Of a stretch of DNA of 64,000 bases, positions 19,906 through 29,321 are shown piece after piece (the stretch's first letter is position 1; the number at the start of each line of letters is the position of its first letter). Source of the stretch: Methanobacteriota archaeon (lineage in GTDB: Archaea > Thermoplasmatota > Thermoplasmata > SG8-5 > JAGLSY01); NCBI GenBank assembly GCA_020697715.1, contig JAEHCO010000003.1, positions 184,020 to 248,019 on the forward strand, given 5' to 3'. Position numbers and translations under genes: made by a program. Under the pieces are notes generated by a model. The model did not search any database. It saw only the letters and a program-made list of their open reading frames with translations, and had not been told where the DNA came from.

Positions 19906-21255
19906 TCATGGTCCGTGTATCTTGCCTAGTTCCTCAGGGCTATGGCAACCGCAACCATCTGTTTCATTGTCGTGGAATGATGGTACGGTATGACAGCCAT
20001 TGCATCTATCCCAATTCACAATTATACTACCATGTTCATTATGGCAATTTATGCATTCCTGGGATTTGTGATATGCCTCGCCCAGATGTTCGACCTGGTC
20101 TGAATGGCATTCTGAGCAGAATGAATTGGATATCATGAAGGATGTCTCCAATGTGATGGACAATGGGCTGTGAGCTCCTGTGGTGTGGCAGCTCAGGCAA
20201 TCATCATACGGAGCGCCAGTCATATGCTGGATATTGTCGCTGTTGTGACAATCATCACAATCTGGACTGTATTTATGATCTGTGTGACATTCTGGACATC
20301 CATCTTCCCATCCATGGGCGGAGTCAGAATTTGTTAATTTATCGTAGGTGTCTGAATGACAATCTGAGCAGAAGCTGGAATCGACCTTGAAAATACCATG
20401 TTCCTGAACTATCTCATAAGGAACACGAGCGTCCTCCGGGTGTAGTCTATCATGGCAGAACATACAATTATCCATGACCGTTCTGTGGCCTATGAACTCT
20501 GGCTGTGTGTGGCAATCTCCCATCCCACAGGTCCTATCCCTGTGGAGGTCTATCTCTTCCGAGCTCAGATCATGGCAGGTGGGGCATGCGAATCTTGTGA
20601 AACCAATACCATTCATTCTCTGATCGTGGCAGTCGACACATGTCTCCTGGGATTCCAACTCTGAGTAATCAGTTCCATTCTCTGTTAGAGGATGCCAGAT
20701 CATGCGGGTTGGCCAGGTGGTCGTACCATCTTCATCCGTGATATGGGATGAACCTCTGGGCACTGGAGCCTCTATTTTCCAATCCAGAACATCATGACAA
20801 CCCTTCAGGCAATTTTCAGCCGGAACGAATCCATGAAGATTGTCTGGATCATAATTGTCCAATATCAAATAGACAAGGTCTTTGGTCCCATCAATGGTAA
20901 CGGCCTCTACCTGGCCTATGATTCCTTCTCCTGTGTGACAATCAACACACAGTACCTCTTTATCCAGATGTGATATCATGATCGAATTGTTCTGGGGATT
21001 CAGGTAACTGTCATAATACGGGACCATTGGATGGCATGTGAGACCACAAAATTCTGGCTCTTTGTGGTAATCGATAAGTACCCAGGAGGCCAATATTATG
21101 GCTCCCAGAATTATCAAAAGAGAGAAAACATAAGCGATGCCCTTCAAGTTGATCTTATCACCTCGGAATCTTTTCAGCATGTACATTATTGCGAATGACC
21201 ATGCTCCAGTTATCACGAAGAACAGTATGAACCCGATCAAGACTTCCTTCAACAC
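19906..21255 (-). CDS. Multiheme cytochrome c with NapC/NrfH-like N-terminal domain (11 CxxCH + 4 non-canonical motifs)
   Basis: Two N-terminal TMs, PEFCGLTCHPM, SH..VLCVDCH, ENCLKGCH, followed by CVDCH, CPTCH, CGMGDCH, CMFCH, CSDCH, CPECH, CDDCH, CLSCH, CSECH, CINCH, CNGCH, CGCH. Confidence 0.9.
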   Translation of the reverse strand: MLKEVLIGFILFFVITGAWSFAIMYMLKRFRGDKINLKGIAYVFSLLIILGAIILASWVLIDYHKEPEFCGLTCHPMVPYYDSYLNPQNNSIMISHLDKEVLCVDCHTGEGIIGQVEAVTIDGTKDLVYLILDNYDPDNLHGFVPAENCLKGCHDVLDWKIEAPVPRGSSHITDEDGTTTWPTRMIWHPLTENGTDYSELESQETCVDCHDQRMNGIGFTRFACPTCHDLSSEEIDLHRDRTCGMGDCHTQPEFIGHRTVMDNCMFCHDRLHPEDARVPYEIVQEHGIFKVDSSFCSDCHSDTYDKLTNSDSAHGWEDGCPECHTDHKYSPDCDDCHNSDNIQHMTGAPYDDCLSCHTTGAHSPLSITLETSFMISNSFCSECHSDQVEHLGEAYHKSQECINCHNEHGSIIVNWDRCNGCHTVPSFHDNETDGCGCHSPEELGKIHGP

Positions 21256-21431
21256 TTATTTCACCTATCTCTCGCTTGCCAAGTAGGCATTCGAGGTCAT
21301 ACTTTAGCAATATATATGGTTTATGTATAGTTTTATGGCGTTATCTTGACTATATTGCTCATATTCTTATGCTTCAGCTTGGGAATAATTATATATTCCA
21401 ATCTTTGATTGCCCATTCTGGAGTCTGATAA

Positions 21432-23132
21432 ATGAACTCACCATATATTGCCAAAAATAGAATGACCATGGTCATAGTTACAGTCTCACTTCTATTTTCA
21501 TTATCATTGCCTACGCTTTCCTCAGCACAGGATCCAGCATGCCCTGTTCCAGAACCCGGATTGGGTATGATATCTTACCACGAGCTCATGTTATTCCAGG
21601 GTGATAATCCAAATACCCCTGAAATTGAGCCAGATAGTTTGGTAAAAGCAAGTGACAAGACAAGATGGATAGTCCCATGGAATGCTTCTTATGTTTATGT
21701 TTCAGTTCCAGAAAGTTCATACAATGTGGCCATAACGAATGTCGAATATGATGGTGTGGACTTTGTCGCAGGAAGGTATAATCTTCCAGATGGGACGATG
21801 CCACCTCAATATTCTCTGGTCACCACTGGCAATGCCGCTGGTTCTTACAAATGGGAAATTCCTGCTGAAGCACCTCGTTATACAACGGTGAAGGCACTTT
21901 ACAATTCATCAGGACTTGATCAAGCATATGACAATGATACTGGCATGGCAAATATTGATGAATGGAACTTCACCCAGGATTCGATGAGATTGGCTGCTGG
22001 CATCCCTTCAGCCAATTACACTTCCAAAATGGAGAATATTGGCTATGATATTGTTTCCATCAATATCAGTCTGAACTCATCATCAAACTCGGATAATATC
22101 ACCTTTCTGATATCTGAGGACGATGGCGATAACTGGATGGAGGTGGAGTTTGGAATGCGGATGGAGATGTCTGCGGTATCTGCCGAAATGCGATTCATGA
22201 TCCAAATGTCCCAGGATACGGATCTCAATAATACACCCGTGATAGACGATCTCCTTATGGATATCGAATTCATTCCAGACAATATCGATGTCTGGCTGGA
22301 AACAAGTTATGATATAGATATACCTGCAGATGGCATTGATTTCTCAATTCATCTGACTTACGATATCCCGGATATGCCCATTTATTATGTGGGATACTTT
22401 GATGAGGAAATTCATGTGGAGAGTGGCTTCCAGGTCACCACAACTGCTTTCGAAACACTACCTGGAAAGATGGTTTACATGACCATGGGTGAGGGACACA
22501 GTGATCACCTTTCCTTCTCTATCAGAATGCCCACATCCTCTAATGAGATGTCCACATCGACCTCGGTGATCATAGTACTTATATTCGTGATACTGACAAT
22601 GAGCATCGTGGGTCTTTATCTTAGAAAATATGCTTTGTCCGATGATAAGGATGAGTCTGAGGATGAGAAAGATGAGAACGATCCTCAAACAAGCGAAGAT
22701 GAATCATCTGTATCCGAATCTTCAGCAAAGGACATCATTGAAGACAAACCAGATAGGTCGGATATCACTAACAGAAAAAAGATCCTGGAGGACACCATCG
22801 CCAGGTTGGATACAGAAGTAAGTTCTGGCTTGATCAGTGCCAGTGTGGCAGAACGGATGAAGACATCTTATAATGAAGAACTGGATGAGATAAACAGCCA
22901 GTTGGGAGAAGAGGGTGATATCGATGCCTCCTCTGATAACGATATCATCGAAGAAAGATCTGCCGAGCTCGAAGATCTCAAATCCAGTAAATCCGAGGTC
23001 ATAAATAAATTGAAAGACCTGGATCAGAGACTGGAGAACGGAGAGGTGTCTGATGAAGAGCATGCGATCCTAAAGGCCAGTTACAAGAAGCAAGCCATTG
23101 ATATCATGAAGAAAATGGATTCAATTGAATAA
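21432..23132 (+). CDS. Hypothetical exported single-pass membrane protein with acidic cytoplasmic tail; paralog of 42527..43990
   Basis: Signal peptide, large extracellular part, one TM, two short D-x3-G-x-I/V-S helical hairpin repeats at the C-terminus. Confidence 0.75.
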   Translation: MNSPYIAKNRMTMVIVTVSLLFSLSLPTLSSAQDPACPVPEPGLGMISYHELMLFQGDNPNTPEIEPDSLVKASDKTRWIVPWNASYVYVSVPESSYNVAITNVEYDGVDFVAGRYNLPDGTMPPQYSLVTTGNAAGSYKWEIPAEAPRYTTVKALYNSSGLDQAYDNDTGMANIDEWNFTQDSMRLAAGIPSANYTSKMENIGYDIVSINISLNSSSNSDNITFLISEDDGDNWMEVEFGMRMEMSAVSAEMRFMIQMSQDTDLNNTPVIDDLLMDIEFIPDNIDVWLETSYDIDIPADGIDFSIHLTYDIPDMPIYYVGYFDEEIHVESGFQVTTTAFETLPGKMVYMTMGEGHSDHLSFSIRMPTSSNEMSTSTSVIIVLIFVILTMSIVGLYLRKYALSDDKDESEDEKDENDPQTSEDESSVSESSAKDIIEDKPDRSDITNRKKILEDTIARLDTEVSSGLISASVAERMKTSYNEELDEINSQLGEEGDIDASSDNDIIEERSAELEDLKSSKSEVINKLKDLDQRLENGEVSDEEHAILKASYKKQAIDIMKKMDSIE

Positions 23133-23253
23133 CTGATAAAATGATCTGCATAAATTGTTTATTAATTATTTTATTCAAATAATGGATGATATTTGCCCAT
23201 AATCTGCTTTTTCATGTGAAAGATATATATATCCGGCCAAATTCCACATATCA

Positions 23254-25377
23254 ATGGAATTCGGTAATGCCCTTGTGAACATCAGTCTTATTCTTTCTAT
23301 AATTGGTATAGTTCTATCAATACTCAGAATAAAGACCAAGCAGGACAATTTCGAGCAATATGCCAGGATGGTTTCATTACTTCTTTTCATCACCGTGTCA
23401 GCCACTCTGCTTTACCTGTATATATTGTTCATCACTTCCGATCTTTCCGTATTGTATGTATGGACCTACACTGATAGTTCATACTCACTCGTCTACAAGC
23501 TCTCTGGAGTGCTGGCCGGTATGGACGGCTCCCTCCTATTTTGGATATGGCTGGTCATTCTCCCATGGTTCTATGAGGAGATGAAGGCCATAAAAAAGCC
23601 AAAGGACACCGATCTTATGGATTGGACCAGGGTATTTCTTTTTGGCGTGATGGCTGTTCTATTGCTCATATTGTCAGTTCACGAGATATTCTCATTAACA
23701 CCACCAGAATATCTAAGTTATAGGCCAGATGGAAATGGTATGAACCCGATATTACAGACCTTCCTCATGGCTATCCACCCGCCCATAGTTTTCGTTGCCT
23801 ATGGTCTCTTCGCCATGCCCTTCGCGGCTGGCCTGGCCTTCCTCGTTACCGGCAATACGAAATGGACCGACCTCTGTATAAACTGGAGCCGGATAGGCTG
23901 GTTCTTCCTGACATTGGGAATTGGGATAGGGGCCTTGTGGGCTTATGTCGTCCTTGGTTGGGGAGGTTATTGGGGATGGGATCCGGTCGAGACCTCTTCA
24001 TTATTGCCGTGGATATTGCTCACTGGCTTCCTGCACGTGCAGTTGATGTACAGGCGTAAAAAGGATTATCCGATACTTGCACCGCTCCTTGGTATCTTCA
24101 GTTTCATATTGGTGATATTCGCCACCTTCGCAACACGCGCGGGAGGTCTCTGGGTGTCCGTTCATACCTTTGGACAGGCCGATGTCAGTATCGATGCCTT
24201 CACAAGATTCAAGGACGTGATGGCTGAAAGTGATACAGTTCCCTATTATTTCGCCATGATGATAGGCATGATCGTTCTGGCTGCCATACTGGTGATGTAC
24301 AGACAGAGAAAAATGAGATCCAGCCTATCTGACGAAGAGAAGTCCTACACCCTCTCTGAATTGATAAATGACGATATTCTCATGCTGGGCACATCCTTCC
24401 TGCTTATTCTTCTAACCGCTGTGACCATGCTTATCCTGGTAAGGGGTATTAATGGTCTGGCTCCAGAGAATTTTGATGGGCCAGTTGGTATCTTGACATT
24501 GATACTGATACTCGTGATGGTCGTTTGTATCAGCTGGAGAGTTCTTGGAAAGAAACTCGTCACCCAGCTTTTGTTCGTGACCATTATGATATCCGCCATA
24601 ATGATGGCCATATATCCTGGTAAAGTGATCGCGGCCGGAGCCTTTCCGATACTCATCGCAGCTCTAGTGATGATATCTTATTCAATTATCAAGAAATATA
24701 ATTCAAAGAATCCGTGGCAGTCATTGAAACTCATTTCGGCTCACCTTATCCATCTGGCAGTGGTCCTTCTTGTGATCGGCTATGTGGGTAGTAGCTTCAT
24801 GGCCTCGGAACAAAGTGTGGAAATACACATTGGAGAAGAAGTGGAAGCTATGGGATACTCCTTCGAGGTGGTAGGGACCGAGCCAGCAGAGGATTTCATA
24901 TATGTGGATGTTAACATTTACAAGGATGGTGATTTCATTGGAAAGGCGAGACCCGGAATATCTATAATCGATGGTACTAGTCGATCTGAGATAGATGTCA
25001 AGGACACCTTGCTGGAAGATATTTACATCATCTATGATTTCAATGCAGATTCATTCAATCATGGAGCAGTAGATCTTGAGATCAAGATACTGCCTCTGAT
25101 GAAATGCCTGTGGGGTGGAATGTGGCTGATGTCCATTGGTATCATATTACGTGTCGCACTTGAGATACTTCTGCCAAGAAAGAGAAAGACAGGCGAAGCA
25201 CTGGACAAGGACAATGATGATACCGTCAAAGAGATGATTGAGGATCCTGGTGACCGACAATCCGATAAGATCGAGCCAATTGAGACCAAGGAAAAGGTCA
25301 AGTCATCCGAGGTAAAGGATGACGCCCACTACGAGGCCATGCTGGAGGCCGAGTTGGATGGAACAGATAGTGAATGA
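23254..25377 (+). CDS. ccmF: Cytochrome c heme lyase CcmF
   Basis: GSLLFW, NPILQ..MAIHPP, WAYVVLGWGGYWGWDPVE, SVHTF, AHLIHL. Confidence 0.95.
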   Translation: MEFGNALVNISLILSIIGIVLSILRIKTKQDNFEQYARMVSLLLFITVSATLLYLYILFITSDLSVLYVWTYTDSSYSLVYKLSGVLAGMDGSLLFWIWLVILPWFYEEMKAIKKPKDTDLMDWTRVFLFGVMAVLLLILSVHEIFSLTPPEYLSYRPDGNGMNPILQTFLMAIHPPIVFVAYGLFAMPFAAGLAFLVTGNTKWTDLCINWSRIGWFFLTLGIGIGALWAYVVLGWGGYWGWDPVETSSLLPWILLTGFLHVQLMYRRKKDYPILAPLLGIFSFILVIFATFATRAGGLWVSVHTFGQADVSIDAFTRFKDVMAESDTVPYYFAMMIGMIVLAAILVMYRQRKMRSSLSDEEKSYTLSELINDDILMLGTSFLLILLTAVTMLILVRGINGLAPENFDGPVGILTLILILVMVVCISWRVLGKKLVTQLLFVTIMISAIMMAIYPGKVIAAGAFPILIAALVMISYSIIKKYNSKNPWQSLKLISAHLIHLAVVLLVIGYVGSSFMASEQSVEIHIGEEVEAMGYSFEVVGTEPAEDFIYVDVNIYKDGDFIGKARPGISIIDGTSRSEIDVKDTLLEDIYIIYDFNADSFNHGAVDLEIKILPLMKCLWGGMWLMSIGIILRVALEILLPRKRKTGEALDKDNDDTVKEMIEDPGDRQSDKIEPIETKEKVKSSEVKDDAHYEAMLEAELDGTDSE

Positions 25378-25485
25378 TCCAACAACTCTTTAGGCCCTTA
25401 TCTATTCTAATCGATATTCCTTAATATAAGGTTGATAATGTGGGCTGATAGTTATCAAATATCATCCGGTATATGAGTTGAGCCT

Positions 25486-26784
25486 ATGGGAAAGGATAAG
25501 AAACCCGAGATAAAGAAACCCAAATCACAGGTATCCGATCTGGTCAAGAACAAGGCACCTTATCTTGATGACCTGACCGCCTGCATGCAGTGTGGTTACT
25601 GTCAATCTGTTTGCCCGGTCTATGAAGAGGGTAAATGGGAGTCCCTTTCACCCAGAGGCAAATTATTCTTAATGAAGGATCTTACAAGCAAGAACAGCGC
25701 TCTCCAGAGAATACTTGGAAAGAAGCTCACTAACAAGATCACTGGCTCTGTTGAGATAGATCATGAAGAGTTCATGAATGCCATTTATAGATGCACACTC
25801 TGCAGCAGATGTGAAACAGTTTGTCATGTTGAGATCGAATTCCATGAGTACTGGGATCATCTGAGAGAATGGATGGTGAAGAATGGCATCAGGCCTCCGG
25901 AAAACACTGTCAACATGTACAAGGACATTGCCAATACTGATTTTAATAATCCCTTCAAGGAAACGAAGGACAAGAGGGACGAATGGTACAGGGATGATTA
26001 TCCAGAACTGCCAGCCACCGCGGAAGTGGTATATTATATTGGATGTATGACCTCCTTCTATGAATATCAGGTTCTACTGAACACCATGAAGATCTTCACG
26101 AAGGCTGGAGTGAATTTCACAACCCTCGGACAGGAAGAGGTTTGCTGCAGTGCGATAAACGTCATGACTGGCCAGACCGAGAACTTTGCCGATATTGCCA
26201 AGCGCAATGTCGATGCCATCAAGAAGAGAGGGGCAAAGAGAGTTGTGACCGGATGCCCAGGATGCTTCCGCGCCCTCAGAAAATATAAGAAATTCGTTGA
26301 TTATGATTTCGAGGTCATTCACACTATCGACCTGTTACACGAGGTCGTCACCCAGGGCAAATTGGAATGGAAGAAGGATTTCAAATCAAAACAATTGCCA
26401 GTCATATACCATGATCCATGCGAATTGGGTCGAATACTGGAGTTCGAGGACAAGCCCCGATATGATCAGCCAAGAGAGATATTATTGGCTGTTCCTGGAA
26501 TAGACGAGGTCCTGGAGTTCCCCACCAATAAGCTGGACAGTGCTTGCTGTGGTGGAGGTGGTGGATTGAAGGCCACTGACTATGACCTCAGTGCGCAGAT
26601 AGCCCTGAAAAAGGTGGAGGCCGCTATCGAGATCGGAGCCAAGACCATTGTGTCCACTTGCCCCAATTGTAAGAACCAGATCGGTGTCGCGGTGGAAATG
26701 AAGAAGGCCGAGCTGAAAAAGCAGGGTGAGAAGTTCAAGATGAACGTGATGGATGTTACTGACGTAGTTTCCAAATCCATTTGA
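25486..26784 (+). CDS. HdrD/GlcF-like Fe-S oxidoreductase (2x[4Fe-4S] + two CCG domains)
   Basis: CMQCGYCQSVCP..SPRGK, CTLCSRCETVC, YIGC..VCCS..GCPGC, YHDPCELGR..CCGGGGG..CPNC. Confidence 0.88.
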   Translation: MGKDKKPEIKKPKSQVSDLVKNKAPYLDDLTACMQCGYCQSVCPVYEEGKWESLSPRGKLFLMKDLTSKNSALQRILGKKLTNKITGSVEIDHEEFMNAIYRCTLCSRCETVCHVEIEFHEYWDHLREWMVKNGIRPPENTVNMYKDIANTDFNNPFKETKDKRDEWYRDDYPELPATAEVVYYIGCMTSFYEYQVLLNTMKIFTKAGVNFTTLGQEEVCCSAINVMTGQTENFADIAKRNVDAIKKRGAKRVVTGCPGCFRALRKYKKFVDYDFEVIHTIDLLHEVVTQGKLEWKKDFKSKQLPVIYHDPCELGRILEFEDKPRYDQPREILLAVPGIDEVLEFPTNKLDSACCGGGGGLKATDYDLSAQIALKKVEAAIEIGAKTIVSTCPNCKNQIGVAVEMKKAELKKQGEKFKMNVMDVTDVVSKSI

Positions 26785-26798
26785 TCGGTGGTCCGATA

Positions 26799-27794
26799 AT
26801 GGTGAAATTGTTCCGTCTTGGAGATATTTTTTGGGAAGATACTCAATTGATATACCATGCTCTGGCCAATCTCAATATCGAGGCATTGGTGCTTGATTCT
26901 CCCAAAGAGGAGTATGTTTGCCTTGGTTTTCATCAGAATCCAGATGATGAGTTGGATCTGGAGTATTGCGATCGGAACAATATAGGTGTGTTCCGGAGGG
27001 AGATCGGTGGTGGTTCGGTCTGGCTGGATAATCGCCAGGTGTTCTACAATATCATATTGAGAAAGGACAATCCCATTGTGCCAAGGCTGACACAGAACTA
27101 CTTCTCCAAATTCCTCAAGCCAGTTGTTTCCGTATGCAGGAACCTGGGCATGGAAGCTGAATTCAACCCCATCTGCGATATCTTGGCCAGTGGCAGGAAG
27201 TTCTCCGGGAACGGAGGTGGCGAGATAGGCGAGTGCAAGGTGATCGCTGGCGGCCTTCTTCTGGATTTTGAATTTGACAAAATGGCGAATATCATGAACC
27301 TCAATTCCTCAATGAAGGATCATTTCAGAGAGAGTATGGATAATAATCTGACAACGATACAGAATGAGATGGGCCAGACTCCTTCAAAAAATGAGATATT
27401 TGATGGTCTTATCAGAGAATTCGAGGATATTCTGGGCCCCTTCGAAATATCTTCCATCACCCCGGAGATCCGTGCGGAGATGGATCGCTTGAGATCCTAT
27501 TATTTTTCAGATAAATGGATGCACCAGAGAGGGGTGAACAACCTTGGCAGGGAGATCAAGGTCAGGGAAGGATATTACATCCTGGGTGTGGATGTGAACT
27601 TCAAGGGTGATGATCACCATCTTGCCATATTCTCGGAAGATGGCCAAGTCAGTGAACTGAAGATAACTGGCGATGGATCTACGGATAGAATTGAGGATCA
27701 AATTGAGCTAAAAAAGAGATTGTCCACTATTATCAAAATGGACTATGATCAAAGAAAAATAATAAATGCGATTAGTGACATGATATACCTGTAA
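26799..27794 (+). CDS. Lipoate-protein ligase / octanoyltransferase family protein
   Basis: LGFHQ, RREIGGGSVWLD, RKFSGNG; directly upstream of gcvH. Confidence 0.85.
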   Translation: MVKLFRLGDIFWEDTQLIYHALANLNIEALVLDSPKEEYVCLGFHQNPDDELDLEYCDRNNIGVFRREIGGGSVWLDNRQVFYNIILRKDNPIVPRLTQNYFSKFLKPVVSVCRNLGMEAEFNPICDILASGRKFSGNGGGEIGECKVIAGGLLLDFEFDKMANIMNLNSSMKDHFRESMDNNLTTIQNEMGQTPSKNEIFDGLIREFEDILGPFEISSITPEIRAEMDRLRSYYFSDKWMHQRGVNNLGREIKVREGYYILGVDVNFKGDDHHLAIFSEDGQVSELKITGDGSTDRIEDQIELKKRLSTIIKMDYDQRKIINAISDMIYL

Positions 27795-27815
27795 TGATAA
27801 CAGGGAGGCTGAAGT

Positions 27816-28247
27816 ATGCTGGTTATAAATGACATGAAATTCCCGCTTGACAGGAAATATTACACGAAGAATGGAGCCCATATGTGGCTCGCTGAAGACA
27901 ATGGCCAGATAAAGCTTGGTCTGGATGCCTTTGCCTCGGAGATGGCAGGCTTCCTCACATTCTTCGCTGTGACCTCGGAAGAGCCGAATGTGGGAGAGGC
28001 CATTGGCAGTTTTGAATCTGCCAAGTTCGTCAGCCGATTTTATTCCCCGATAAGTGGAAAGATCGTGGAGGTCAATAAAGCCGCGATGGCCAATCCCAAG
28101 TTGATCAATGACGATCCCTATTCCGCATGGATAGTGGCTATAGAACCACGCGATATTTCCGAATTGGATTCCGAGTTCATCATAGAGGGCGAGGAAAAGG
28201 TCAGCCAATGGATACATGAGGAATTAAGAAAGATGGAGGAGGAATGA
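27816..28247 (+). CDS. gcvH: GcvH-like lipoyl carrier protein
   Basis: HMW..LGLD, lipoyl-Lys motif SFESAKF, YSPISGKIVEVN, INDDPY. Confidence 0.9.
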   Translation: MLVINDMKFPLDRKYYTKNGAHMWLAEDNGQIKLGLDAFASEMAGFLTFFAVTSEEPNVGEAIGSFESAKFVSRFYSPISGKIVEVNKAAMANPKLINDDPYSAWIVAIEPRDISELDSEFIIEGEEKVSQWIHEELRKMEEE

Positions 28248-29287
28248 CCTTCATGGAAAGCCCTGGATATGTTAGGATAAGTACTGCAGCCGCCATGACA
28301 CTGAAGCTTGTTCCTGGCAAGTTCAATAGAGGCGAAAAGTTAGGATGCCTCAATCTCCTGATACATTATGATGAAGGATGCAGGGCGAATTGCAGTTACT
28401 GTGGTCTTTCCGGTACAAGAGATGCTGTGACCGATGACCCATCTTCCGATACATTTATCAGAGTGGACTGGCCACTTGTGGAAATTGATGATATAATCCG
28501 CAGGGCGAATGAACACGCACCTCATCTTCAAAGGGTGTGTGTTTCCATGATCACTCACAATAAATCCTTCGATGATATGATATCCATCATGAATAAGTTC
28601 AAGGAAGAGACCGATCTGAGCATAAGTGGCCTGATCGCTCCAACCATGATGATGGACATTGACAGTGCGTTCAAGATCAAGAAGGCGGGAGCTGACATGA
28701 TAGGTGTCGCGATAGACGCTGCCACCCCGGAACTATTTGACGAGATGAGAGGTAGCGGCGTGATGGGCCCACATAGTTGGGATCATTACTGGCAGGTGCT
28801 GGATTGGTGTGTGGATGTGTTCGGAAAGGGAATGGTAGGTATCCATATCATCGTGGGTCTTGGAGAGACGGAAGAGGAAATGATATCCGTCATCCAGAAG
28901 GCGCAGGATAAGGGAGCGAAGACCCATCTTTTCTCCTTCTTCCCGGAGGGTGGAAGCTCCATGAGCAAATGGCTCCAACCTTCATATGGCAGGTACAGGA
29001 GGGTTCAATTGGCCAGATACATAATCAATGAAGAGATATCCGATATGGGCCAGATGAAATTCGATAGTGAGGGTCAATTAATAGATTTTGGTATAAATAT
29101 CAATCCAATTGTGAATGAGGGAATTGCATTCATGACCTCCGGATGTGCTGGAAGTGATGGCATGGTGGCTTGCAATCGCCCGTATGGAAATGAAAGGCCT
29201 TCCAATCCTATTCGAAATTATGCCTTCATACCTGAGGAAAGGGACGTCAAGCAAATATGGTCGCAGATATTCGATTACACAGAATGA
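28244..29287 (+). CDS. lipS2: Radical SAM lipoyl synthase component LipS2
   Basis: CRANCSYC; C-terminal TSGC...CNRP matching the TxGCxxC(N/D)RP-type LipS2 motif; lipoate gene context. Confidence 0.75.
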   Translation: MTFMESPGYVRISTAAAMTLKLVPGKFNRGEKLGCLNLLIHYDEGCRANCSYCGLSGTRDAVTDDPSSDTFIRVDWPLVEIDDIIRRANEHAPHLQRVCVSMITHNKSFDDMISIMNKFKEETDLSISGLIAPTMMMDIDSAFKIKKAGADMIGVAIDAATPELFDEMRGSGVMGPHSWDHYWQVLDWCVDVFGKGMVGIHIIVGLGETEEEMISVIQKAQDKGAKTHLFSFFPEGGSSMSKWLQPSYGRYRRVQLARYIINEEISDMGQMKFDSEGQLIDFGININPIVNEGIAFMTSGCAGSDGMVACNRPYGNERPSNPIRNYAFIPEERDVKQIWSQIFDYTE

Positions 29288-29321
29288 TGGATAGATCCAG
29301 TCAATATTTTAAAGGGATAAA

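Noticed and set aside
25790-25830. CETVCH as an atypical heme motif in the HdrD-like protein
   Set aside because: It is the end of a CxxCxxCxxxC ferredoxin motif in a protein with no export signal.
27816-28247. Complete glycine cleavage system
   Set aside because: Only H-like proteins are present; no P, T or L protein genes in the window, though they could lie elsewhere in the genome.
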